In this document: piece after piece, positions 19,218-26,233 of the stretch | Layout of the letters: every line of letters starts with the position of its first letter | How positions within the stretch are numbered: the stretch's first letter is position 1 | Source: an uncultured bacterium | GTDB taxonomy: Bacteria; Bacillota_I; Bacilli_A; RF39; UBA660 | DNA: 57,055 bases | Assembly (NCBI GenBank): GCA_949291455.1 | Contig: CASEVQ010000004.1 | Span: 1 to 57,055 of the forward strand | Direction: 5' to 3' | Position numbers and translations under genes: made by a program | The notes under the pieces: generated by a model | Seen by the model: the letters and a program-made list of their open reading frames with translations, nothing else | What the model was told of the DNA's origin: nothing | The model's database searches: none

Positions 19218-19778
19218 TTATTTTTTATTATATTTACTCATTAATTTTTCGAAATCCATTATAATATAATCATTTAAAATATTAATAATTATAGGAGTAA
19301 TTTCATCTAATTTTACTTTTTCTTCTTTTGTGAAATTTCCAAGTACATAATCTTTTGTAGAAATATCTTTATTGTTAGAAATTCCAATTTTTAAACGTTT
19401 ATAATTACTAGTTTGCAAATGATATTCTATGTTTTTTAAACCATTATGTCCACCACTAGACCCTTTTATTTTTAATTTTATTTTTGAAATTTCTAAGTCT
19501 AAATCATCACTTATTATAAGAATATCTTCAGTATTTATTTTATAAAAATTTTTAAATTTTATAACTACTTCACCAGAAAGATTCATATATGATAAAGGTT
19601 TTAATAATATTACTTTTTCATCATTTATTAATAATTCATTATATAGTCCATTAAATTTTTCTTTATTAATTTTTATTCCTAATGATGATGCAAATCTATC
19701 TATGAATAAAAAACCTATATTATGTCTTGTGTTTTCATATTCTTTTCCTGGATTTCCTAGGCCTACTATAAGTTTCAT
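19218..19778 (-). CDS. pth: peptidyl-tRNA hydrolase
   Basis: MKLIVGLGNPGKEYENTRHNIGF is the canonical Pth N-terminus. Confidence 0.95.
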   Translation of the reverse strand: MKLIVGLGNPGKEYENTRHNIGFLFIDRFASSLGIKINKEKFNGLYNELLINDEKVILLKPLSYMNLSGEVVIKFKNFYKINTEDILIISDDLDLEISKIKLKIKGSSGGHNGLKNIEYHLQTSNYKRLKIGISNNKDISTKDYVLGNFTKEEKVKLDEITPIIINILNDYIIMDFEKLMSKYNKK

Positions 19779-19781
19779 TAT

Positions 19782-20510
19782 TTACTCCTTTACTTTAAAT
19801 TGTTTTTTTATTTCTTCTGTATAATTTCCACTACTATCATGGACTATTAAAGGAGGTAAAAATTTTAATCCACTGTTTCCATTTTTTCTTCCTTCTATTA
19901 ATACCATGTTTGATTCACTATTAACTTTTGGATATATTAATTGTATTTTTTTAGGTTCGATATTATTTAATCTAAACAGTTCTATTATTTCTATTAATCT
20001 TTCTGTTCTATGTATTAATGCAAAAGTTCCATTATTGTTTAAATATTTTTTTGCTATTTCTACTAATTCTTTTAATGTTATTTCTTTTTCATGCCTAGCA
20101 ATTGTCTTTTGAATAATTTCGTTAGTATTTGAATTTTCAGTTAATTTAAAATATGGTGGATTTGAAATTATTACGTCGAAACTATTTGGTTGAAAATATC
20201 TATCTAAATTTTTCATATTATCGTTTATTATTGTAATTCTATTTTCTAAGTTATTTATTCTTAATGATTCTACTGCTAATTCATATATTTCTTTTTGAAT
20301 TTCAATACCAAATATTTCTGCTTTAGTTCTAGTAGACAATATTATAGGAATTGGAGCATTACCTGTACCTAAATCTAATATTTTTTTTGTTTTTTTTGTT
20401 AAAGTAACAAAATTTGGCAATAATACTGAATCTAGAGAAAAATTAAAATACTTATTATTTTGTACTATTTTAAATCCGTTATAATCAAGTAAATCATTTA
20501 TTACTATCAT
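19782..20510 (-). CDS. SAM-dependent methyltransferase, YabB / tRNA (adenine37-N6)-methyltransferase-like
   Basis: DLGTGNAPIP SAM loop and the ISNPPYF (NPPY) motif. Follows ricT as yabB does in Bacillus. Confidence 0.8.
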   Translation of the reverse strand: MIVINDLLDYNGFKIVQNNKYFNFSLDSVLLPNFVTLTKKTKKILDLGTGNAPIPIILSTRTKAEIFGIEIQKEIYELAVESLRINNLENRITIINDNMKNLDRYFQPNSFDVIISNPPYFKLTENSNTNEIIQKTIARHEKEITLKELVEIAKKYLNNNGTFALIHRTERLIEIIELFRLNNIEPKKIQLIYPKVNSESNMVLIEGRKNGNSGLKFLPPLIVHDSSGNYTEEIKKQFKVKE

Positions 20511-21294
20511 TTCTCTTATTTTCCAATTCTATCGTAGTTTTGTCTTTTTTCTCTAGTATATAAGTATTTTTGAATAAATTGTGAGATATTACTTTTCCTT
20601 CAATTCCGTCTACTTTAATTTTAGCTCCAATTGGCGGAAAATCTTTTTTCATTTCTAAATAATTATCATCTTCATATTTTAAGCAACATAATAATCTACC
20701 ACAAATTCCATTAATTTTTGTCGGATTTAATGCCAGATATTGATTTTTAGCCATATTAATGGAAACACTATTAAAATCATTTAAAAAGCAATTACAACAT
20801 AGCTGTCTTCCACACGGTCCTATACCACCAATTTCTTTTGCTTTATCACGTACACCTATTTGTCTTAATTCTATACGTGTTTTATAAATAGATGCTAATT
20901 TTTTTGCTAATTCTCGAAAGTCTACTCTTTCATCAGAAACAAAATTGTATATTAATTGATTTTTATCAAGTGTAAAATTACAATCTATAAAATTCATATT
21001 TAAATTTAACTTTTTTGCTATTTTTTTTGCATTTTCTAAAGCTTCTACTGCTGTTTTTTCATTTTCCTCTTGTCTATTTATATCATCAATAGTTGCTAAT
21101 CTAACTATTTTTTTTAATACTTTTTCTATTTTTTCATTTGATGTATCTATTTCATTTGTTGTTATAATACCTAGTTGTAATCCTCTTTCTGTATCTACTA
21201 TAACTTTTTCTCCTTTTTTTACGTCTATATCGTCTAATAAAAAATAAAATATTCGATTAGAATTTTTAAATTTTACACCAACTACTTTACTCAT
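20494..21294 (-). CDS. ricT: PSP1-domain protein RicT (YaaT)
   Basis: VVGVKFKNSNRIFYF...GPCGRQLCC..GICGRLLCCLKYE are cysteine motifs typical of YaaT/PSP1. Confidence 0.9.
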   Translation of the reverse strand: MSKVVGVKFKNSNRIFYFLLDDIDVKKGEKVIVDTERGLQLGIITTNEIDTSNEKIEKVLKKIVRLATIDDINRQEENEKTAVEALENAKKIAKKLNLNMNFIDCNFTLDKNQLIYNFVSDERVDFRELAKKLASIYKTRIELRQIGVRDKAKEIGGIGPCGRQLCCNCFLNDFNSVSINMAKNQYLALNPTKINGICGRLLCCLKYEDDNYLEMKKDFPPIGAKIKVDGIEGKVISHNLFKNTYILEKKDKTTIELENKRNDSNK

Positions 21295-22141
21295 TTAAAT
21301 CAACTCCACTCATTGAAATAATTAATTTATCCAATAATAGTTTTATATTTGGATTGTACTTTATTCTATTTATGCACATATTAATTGCGTTTATTTTATT
21401 TTTTATTGTTTTTACATCGTTAAATTTAGCTATTTCAGATATTTTATCTTTGTAATTGTGAAAATAATTAAGTTCTACATTATTTATAAAATAAAGAGTA
21501 TCGCTATAAATGTATAATATATTTTTTAAAAATTCAGCTAGGCTTGTCCTGTCTAATATTTCTTTGGTATAAATATTATTTGTATATGCAATTGCCTTTT
21601 CTTTCTTATTTTCTATAGTTATAACAAATTTAAAAATCTTATTAATATAATCGATGTTATACTCATTATTAATGATTTCAGGAACATAAAACCTAATTAT
21701 TTGACAGCGAGAAATTATAGTATTTATGACAATATTTCTATTTACTGTAATTAAAATCGCAATAATATCTTCATTTGGTTCTTCTAAAAATTTTAATAAT
21801 GTATTTGCTGATGAATTATTTAATTTTTCTGCTTCTTCAATTACATATATCCTTTTTGAATTATAAATAGATTTTGTTTTAAATTTATCTTTTAAATTAA
21901 TAATTTCTTCTTTTTTTATTGTTTGTAAATTTGTTTTTATAAATTGAATATCAGAATTTTTTTCTAAATTCTCTATTTTTTCATTTTTTTCAAAGCTTAA
22001 TATTTTTTTAATCAATGTTTTGGCAATTTCTATCCTATCATTATAATTTGTTTCTATTAAATAGGCATGATTAATTTTATCTTTTTTTATATATCTGTCT
22101 AATAATATTTTAAATTCATCAATTTTATTTTTTTCAACCAT
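21287..22141 (-). CDS. holB: DNA polymerase III subunit delta-prime
   Basis: NHAYLIE, ANTLLKFLEEP and ISRCQIIRF motifs. Conserved position upstream of ricT. Confidence 0.8.
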   Translation of the reverse strand: MVEKNKIDEFKILLDRYIKKDKINHAYLIETNYNDRIEIAKTLIKKILSFEKNEKIENLEKNSDIQFIKTNLQTIKKEEIINLKDKFKTKSIYNSKRIYVIEEAEKLNNSSANTLLKFLEEPNEDIIAILITVNRNIVINTIISRCQIIRFYVPEIINNEYNIDYINKIFKFVITIENKKEKAIAYTNNIYTKEILDRTSLAEFLKNILYIYSDTLYFINNVELNYFHNYKDKISEIAKFNDVKTIKNKINAINMCINRIKYNPNIKLLLDKLIISMSGVDLNE

Positions 22142-22150
22142 AATGCCTCC

Positions 22151-22336
22151 TTAATAGAATAATTTAAGAATTATTAAAAGTAGAGCAAAACCTGGTAAAT
22201 CTAATAGTGTTACAATAATAACCGTAATACAGTTTATAGGAATTATCAAATTTATTGGTGCGCCAATTAAATTATATGTATATAACAATAAAATTGCAAA
22301 AATTATTTTTTTTATTATCATAGAAATTTTTTTCAT
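22151..22336 (-). CDS. bofA: BofA-family pro-sigma-K processing inhibitor (short)
   Basis: NLIGAPINLIIPINCITVIIVTLLDLPGFALLLIILK resembles the Bacillus BofA C-terminal half (..LGIHVPINLVTTAISGILGIPGIAALVVIK). Position after recR is conserved. Confidence 0.6.
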   Translation of the reverse strand: MKKISMIIKKIIFAILLLYTYNLIGAPINLIIPINCITVIIVTLLDLPGFALLLIILKLFY

Positions 22337-22374
22337 AATTCACCTCGTTAAAAATTATGAAAATTTTTTTATTT

Positions 22375-22971
22375 TTATTCTATTTCTTTTCTATCGTTAA
22401 GTGCTCTTTCCAAAGTCATTGTATCTATATATTCAATATCTGTTCCAATTGGAATGCCACTTGCAATTCTTGTAACCTTTATGTTCAAACCTTCAATTAT
22501 TTTTTTTATATATAATGCAGTTGTTTCTCCTTCAATACTAGGTTTTACAGCAATAATTATTTCTTGAAAACTATTATTATTAATTCTTTTTATTAATTTT
22601 TCAAGACCTATATCATCAGGATCAATACCATCAAGAGGTGATATTAGCCCATTTATTACATGATATTGTCCATTATATGTTCCTATTTTTTCAAATAAAA
22701 ATATACTTTTTGGATCTTCAACAATGCATAAAATTTTTTTTGAACGCAACTGATTGTTACATATATCACATATCTCTTTATCGGTTATACTATTGCATAT
22801 ACTACATCTTCGTATTTTTTCTTTGGCTTCTTTTATTGAGTTGGCAAAAAAATCTGTTTTTTCTATATCCTCATTAATTAAATAAAAAGCTAGTCTTTCT
22901 GCAGTTTTTTCACCTATTCCTGGTAATAATTTAAAACTTTCTATTAAATTTTTTAGACTTTCTGGATACAT
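22375..22971 (-). CDS. recR: recombination protein RecR
   Basis: LPGIGEKTAERLAF HhH, C4 zinc finger CSICNSITDKEICDIC and a Toprim region. Confidence 0.95.
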   Translation of the reverse strand: MYPESLKNLIESFKLLPGIGEKTAERLAFYLINEDIEKTDFFANSIKEAKEKIRRCSICNSITDKEICDICNNQLRSKKILCIVEDPKSIFLFEKIGTYNGQYHVINGLISPLDGIDPDDIGLEKLIKRINNNSFQEIIIAVKPSIEGETTALYIKKIIEGLNIKVTRIASGIPIGTDIEYIDTMTLERALNDRKEIE

Positions 22972-23267
22972 TAAAATATTCCTGGTATATTACCAAATTT
23001 TGACATTTTTTGTTCTTTCAAAGTATCTACTTTTTTAAAAGCGTTATTTATTGCAACCATAATCATATCTTCCAACATTTCTATATCTTCTTTATCCATA
23101 TTTGCTGATTTATCAATATTAATTGATAATATTTCTTTCTTTCCATTAACTTTTACTTTTACTAACGAATTTTCACCTTCAAATTCTGTTTTTTCTATTT
23201 CTTCTTGTATTTTTAACATATCTTTTTGTAAATTTTGCGCTTGGCGCATTAATGCTTGCATATTCAT
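22971..23267 (-). CDS. ybaB: YbaB/EbfC nucleoid-associated protein
   Basis: MNMQALMRQAQNLQKDMLKIQEEIEKTEFEG.. is typical YbaB. Start at the ATG after GAAGGA; the ORF track extends to 23336. Confidence 0.9.
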   Translation of the reverse strand: MNMQALMRQAQNLQKDMLKIQEEIEKTEFEGENSLVKVKVNGKKEILSINIDKSANMDKEDIEMLEDMIMVAINNAFKKVDTLKEQKMSKFGNIPGIF

Positions 23268-23283
23268 ATTTTTTTCCTTCTTT

Positions 23284-24813
23284 CTATATTTCTTCAAATA
23301 ATTCTCTTGCTTTTTTTCGTAAATTATTTTTTTCATTTTTTACTATATCATTTTCTTCTATATATTTAAAACTATTTTTATCTACTTTATACATTTCTAT
23401 GTATTGATTCCATTCGGTTTCTGATAAACAAATTGTTTTATATTTTTTTTGAAAAATTTTTTCAAATATTTCATCTACTTTATATATATCGTTATTTATT
23501 TGTTCTGAAATACCTATAAGCTTCGATGTTAAAATTATATTTTGACTACTTGCTGCTACTGGCATTATATCAGAACTTAATAATCTAGCTAAATTTCCAT
23601 ATTCTGTATCAAATGCTAAATTTTTCAACTCATTCCATTTATTCCTTATATCTATTATTATTTGTTTTTCCGGATTACACAATGTATTTGATACTCTTAT
23701 TTTTTTTAAATCGTTTTTTATATTTTGCGTTTGATTAATATTTATTTCTTCTTCATTTTTTTTAATTACATTCTTCTTATTATTACTACTATTATTATTT
23801 TCATCTAGCATCATATCCAATAGTGTTACCTCAAAAATTATTTTTGGGTTTTCTGACTTTTTCATGCTATTTGATAATTCATCTAATTTTTTTATAATCA
23901 AACATTTGTTTGAATTGTATTCTTTTTGATTAATTATTATATTTTTTTCATATTCTATTAAATCATTGGTTAATTTTATTAAATCTATTCCATTATTATA
24001 AAATTCGTTTATTTTATTTAAAATCGCTTCTATATTTTTATTTTCAAATAGCAATAAAAAATTTTGCAATTCTTCGTCTGATATGTTTCCAGATATTTCT
24101 TTTATTGTATTAATATTTATTTCATCTTCTGAATATGAAATTGCTTTTTCTAATAATCCTATTGCATCTCGTAATCCACCATTTGAATATTTTGCTATTT
24201 CTTCAATAGCATTATTTTCAATTTTTATTTTTTCTTTTTCCGATATTTCCTTTAATTTTTCTTTTATATCATTTTCTTTTATTTTCATAAATTCAAGAGT
24301 CTGACATCTTGATATAATTGTTGCTGGAACTTTATTAATTTCTGTTGTTGCTAATATAAAAATTATATGTTCTGGTGGTTCTTCCAATGTTTTTAATAAT
24401 GCATTAAATGCACCAATAGATAACATATGCACTTCATCAATGATATATACTTTATATTTTAATTCTGAAGGAACAAAATTAACTTTATTTTTTAATTCTC
24501 TAATTTCATCAACTCCGTTATTTGATGCAGCATCTATCTCAATTATATCAACGCATTCTTTTTCGTTTGATAATAAACAATTATTACACTTTTCACATTG
24601 TATTCCATTATTATTATCTAAGCAATTAACTGCTCTAGAAAAAATTTTTGCAATAGATGTTTTTCCTGTTCCTCTTGGGCCATAAAACAAATACGCATGA
24701 GCAATTTTTTTATTTCTTATTGAATTTTTCAATATTTTAACAGTAATTTTTTGTCCAGAGACTTCATCAAAGTTTTTAGGTCGATATTTTCTATATAATG
24801 CTTGATATTTCAT
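23284..24813 (-). CDS. dnaX: DNA polymerase III subunit gamma/tau
   Basis: YRKYRPKNFDEV, GPRGTGKTS, Cys cluster CEKCNNC and IIDEVHML. Start at the ATG after GGAGG; the ORF track extends to 24828. Confidence 0.95.
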   Translation of the reverse strand: MKYQALYRKYRPKNFDEVSGQKITVKILKNSIRNKKIAHAYLFYGPRGTGKTSIAKIFSRAVNCLDNNNGIQCEKCNNCLLSNEKECVDIIEIDAASNNGVDEIRELKNKVNFVPSELKYKVYIIDEVHMLSIGAFNALLKTLEEPPEHIIFILATTEINKVPATIISRCQTLEFMKIKENDIKEKLKEISEKEKIKIENNAIEEIAKYSNGGLRDAIGLLEKAISYSEDEININTIKEISGNISDEELQNFLLLFENKNIEAILNKINEFYNNGIDLIKLTNDLIEYEKNIIINQKEYNSNKCLIIKKLDELSNSMKKSENPKIIFEVTLLDMMLDENNNSSNNKKNVIKKNEEEININQTQNIKNDLKKIRVSNTLCNPEKQIIIDIRNKWNELKNLAFDTEYGNLARLLSSDIMPVAASSQNIILTSKLIGISEQINNDIYKVDEIFEKIFQKKYKTICLSETEWNQYIEMYKVDKNSFKYIEENDIVKNEKNNLRKKARELFEEI

Positions 24814-24919
24814 TTTGCCTCCTTTCATTTATTTATATTATTATATCATATAAATATTTATTATTATAAAATTTTTTCCACATTTTTATTTTATATATAG
24901 CATTATTTATTCTCCATTT

Positions 24920-24935
24920 TATTTCCCGGGAAATA
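24920..24935. promoter_or_regulatory. NBS-1, Noc-binding-site-type palindrome
   Basis: TATTTCCCGGGAAATA is a perfect 16-bp palindrome containing the B. subtilis NBS core ATTTCCCGGGAAAT. Confidence 0.8.
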
Positions 24936-24967
24936 TTTTAGTGTTTTAGCTTCGTTCTCTTTTTTTA

Positions 24968-24983
24968 TGTTTCACGTGTAACA
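24968..24983. promoter_or_regulatory. parS-1, ParB/Spo0J binding site
   Basis: TGTTTCACGTGTAACA. Its reverse complement TGTTACACGTGAAACA fits TGTTNCACGTGAAACA exactly. Confidence 0.8.
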
Positions 24984-25002
24984 TTTCTTTTTTCCACTGT
25001 TT

Positions 25003-25018
25003 TATTTCCCGGGAAATA
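25003..25018. promoter_or_regulatory. NBS-2
   Basis: TATTTCCCGGGAAATA, perfect. Confidence 0.8.
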
Positions 25019-25049
25019 TTTTGGCTTTTTAACTTCGTTCTCTTTTTTA

Positions 25050-25065
25050 TGTTTCACGTGTAACA
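25050..25065. promoter_or_regulatory. parS-2
   Basis: TGTTTCACGTGTAACA, identical to parS-1. Confidence 0.8.
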
Positions 25066-25084
25066 TTTCTTTTTTCCACTGTTT

Positions 25085-25100
25085 TATTTCCCGGGAAATA
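25085..25100. promoter_or_regulatory. NBS-3
   Basis: TATTTCCCGGGAAATA, perfect. Confidence 0.8.
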
Positions 25101-25131
25101 TTTTGGCTTTTTTGCTTCGTTCTCTTTTTTA

Positions 25132-25147
25132 TGTTTCACGTGTAACA
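25132..25147. promoter_or_regulatory. parS-3
   Basis: TGTTTCACGTGTAACA. Confidence 0.8.
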
Positions 25148-25166
25148 TTTCTTTTTTCCACTGCTT

Positions 25167-25182
25167 TATTTCCCGGGAAATA
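25167..25182. promoter_or_regulatory. NBS-4
   Basis: TATTTCCCGGGAAATA, perfect. Confidence 0.8.
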
Positions 25183-25212
25183 TTTTGCTTTTTTGCTTCG
25201 TTCTCTTTTTTA

Positions 25213-25228
25213 TGTTTCACGTGTAACA
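25213..25228. promoter_or_regulatory. parS-4
   Basis: TGTTTCACGTGTAACA. Confidence 0.8.
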
Positions 25229-25247
25229 TTTCTTTTTTCCACTGCTT

Positions 25248-25263
25248 TATTTCCCGGGAAATA
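25248..25263. promoter_or_regulatory. NBS-5
   Basis: TATTTCCCGGGAAATA, perfect. Confidence 0.8.
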
Positions 25264-25294
25264 TTTTAGCTTTTTAGCTTCGTTCTCTTTTTTA

Positions 25295-25310
25295 TATTTC
25301 ACGTGTAACA
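25295..25310. promoter_or_regulatory. parS-5, variant with a hybrid half-site
   Basis: TATTTCACGTGTAACA has one change (G to A at position 2). The left half becomes TATTTCAC, intermediate between the parS half TGTTTCAC and the NBS half TATTTCCC. Confidence 0.5.
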
Positions 25311-25329
25311 TTTCTTTTTTCCACTGTTT

Positions 25330-25345
25330 TATTTCCCAGAAAACA
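25330..25345. promoter_or_regulatory. NBS-6, degenerate
   Basis: TATTTCCCAGAAAACA has 3 mismatches to the perfect palindrome. Confidence 0.3.
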
Positions 25346-25379
25346 TTTTAGTTCTTTTTATCTTCGTTTTCTTTTTTTA

Positions 25380-25395
25380 TGTTTCACGTGTAACA
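25380..25395. promoter_or_regulatory. parS-6
   Basis: TGTTTCACGTGTAACA. Confidence 0.8.
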
Positions 25396-25414
25396 TTTCT
25401 TTTTTCCACTGTTT

Positions 25415-25430
25415 TATTTCCCGGGAAATA
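25415..25430. promoter_or_regulatory. NBS-7
   Basis: TATTTCCCGGGAAATA, perfect. Confidence 0.8.
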
Positions 25431-25461
25431 TTTTGGCTTTTTAGCTTCGTTCTCTTTTTTA

Positions 25462-25477
25462 TGTTTCACGTGTAACA
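25462..25477. promoter_or_regulatory. parS-7
   Basis: TGTTTCACGTGTAACA. Confidence 0.8.
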
Positions 25478-25496
25478 TTTCTTTTTTCCACTGTTT

Positions 25497-25512
25497 TATT
25501 TCCCGGGAAATA
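25497..25512. promoter_or_regulatory. NBS-8
   Basis: TATTTCCCGGGAAATA, perfect. Confidence 0.8.
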
Positions 25513-25544
25513 TTTTGGTTTTTTAGCTTCGTTTTCTTTTTTTA

Positions 25545-25560
25545 TGTTTCACGTGTAACA
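25545..25560. promoter_or_regulatory. parS-8
   Basis: TGTTTCACGTGTAACA. Confidence 0.8.
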
Positions 25561-25649
25561 TTTTTTTCCACTGTTTTATTTCTCTGAAAATTATCTTTTT
25601 CTCATATAAAGTTACTTTTTTTAATTTTTAGTAAAAAAAAAGAAAAGTT

Positions 25650-26090
25650 TTATTTTTCTTTATATTTTTTTCTTATTTTTAAAAATGCTTTTTTTATTAG
25701 TTCTGTAGTATTACTAACAATAGTATTTGAATTTATTTGAACTATTTTTGTTTTTAATATTACCTCATTATTTGATTCTGAAGAGTAAATTACCTTTTCT
25801 AATTTGCAACTATTTATAACTTCTTGACACATCCTACATGGTTTTAATGTAGTATAAATTCTGCAATTAATTAATCTCCAATTTTTCATTTTCTTATTTG
25901 CTTTTTCTATTGCAATAATTTCAGCATGTTTTGTTATTATTTGACTACTATCTCTTAAATTATGAGCTTTCGCTATTATTTTACCACTATCATTAGAAAC
26001 AATTATTGCACCCACTGGTACCTCACCTTTTTTATATGCCTTTAATGCTTCATTATATGCTATATTCATATAATATTCATCATTTTTCAT
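25650..26090 (-). CDS. tadA: tRNA adenosine(34) deaminase TadA
   Basis: CDA zinc motifs HAEIIAIE and PCRMC. 146 aa. Confidence 0.9.
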   Translation of the reverse strand: MKNDEYYMNIAYNEALKAYKKGEVPVGAIIVSNDSGKIIAKAHNLRDSSQIITKHAEIIAIEKANKKMKNWRLINCRIYTTLKPCRMCQEVINSCKLEKVIYSSESNNEVILKTKIVQINSNTIVSNTTELIKKAFLKIRKKYKEK

Positions 26091-26101
26091 ATAATCACTC
26101 C

Positions 26102-26184
26102 AAAAAAAAGATGCACATAAGTACTTATTACGTTAAGGCTGCTATTTTCCAATCCTGACCTGATTCCGCTGTACTTATTGCATC
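26102..26184 (-). ncRNA. ffs: small (4.5S-type) signal recognition particle RNA
   Basis: Minus strand: GATGCAATAAGTACAGCGGAATCAGGTCAGGATTGGAAAATAGCAGCCTTAACGTAATAAGTACTTATGTGCATC plus a T-run. It contains the conserved domain IV (CAGGUCAGG..GGAA tetraloop..AGCAGCC). The closing helix GATGCAATAAGTAC/GTACTTATGTGCATC pairs with one bulge. Confidence 0.75.
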
Positions 26185-26190
26185 AAAATT

Positions 26191-26219
26191 ATTTTACTAC
26201 ATATTTATTTAATTTTCAA
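26191..26219 (-). promoter_or_regulatory. promoter of the SRP RNA
   Basis: TTGAAA-17 nt-TAAAAT, ending 6 nt before the first base of the SRP helix. It begins 15 nt after the gyrA stop. Confidence 0.6.
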
Positions 26220-26233
26220 ATATATTTAGCTAC

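Larger units (their letters stand above)
24912..25592. repeat. tandem array of an 80-85 bp unit (8 full copies plus a decayed ninth); each unit carries one parS and one Noc-binding site
   Basis: Manual indexing. The motif ATTTCCCGGG recurs with periods 83, 82, 82, 81, 82, 85, 82 and 80 bp. Unit consensus: TTTATTTCCCGGGAAATATTTTGGCTTTTTAGCTTCGTTCTCTTTTTTATGTTTCACGTGTAACATTTCTTTTTTCCACTGT. There are no unique spacers, and the period is not a multiple of 3. Confidence 0.95.

Noticed and set aside
24990-24998. Each unit also contains TTTTCCACT. This is 7/9 to the DnaA box TTATCCACA and 8/9 to the local TTTTCCACA boxes. A true TTTTCCACA sits at 24874-24882 at the array edge. Together these could form a datA-like DnaA-titration cluster.
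   Set aside because: This is a weak match embedded in a T-rich spacer, and its multiplicity is automatic once the unit is repeated. Not claimable without DnaA binding data. Kept only as a side note to the main array finding.
25047-25351. ORF-track entries inside the array (25047..25229 minus, 25103..25351 plus) encode repetitive peptides.
   Set aside because: The period (80-85 bp) is not a multiple of 3, so the reading frame changes from unit to unit. There is no RBS. These ORFs are by-products of the DNA repeat.
24912-25592. The repeat array could be a CRISPR locus.
   Set aside because: The whole 82-bp unit repeats, with no unique spacers between repeats, and no cas genes are nearby. The palindromes instead match parS and NBS.
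24912-25592. The palindromes followed by T-runs could be a stack of plus-strand rho-independent terminators or a REP-like element.
   Set aside because: Both flanking genes are on the minus strand, so plus-strand terminators have nothing to terminate. The exact identity to two known ParB-family binding sites is a far more specific explanation.
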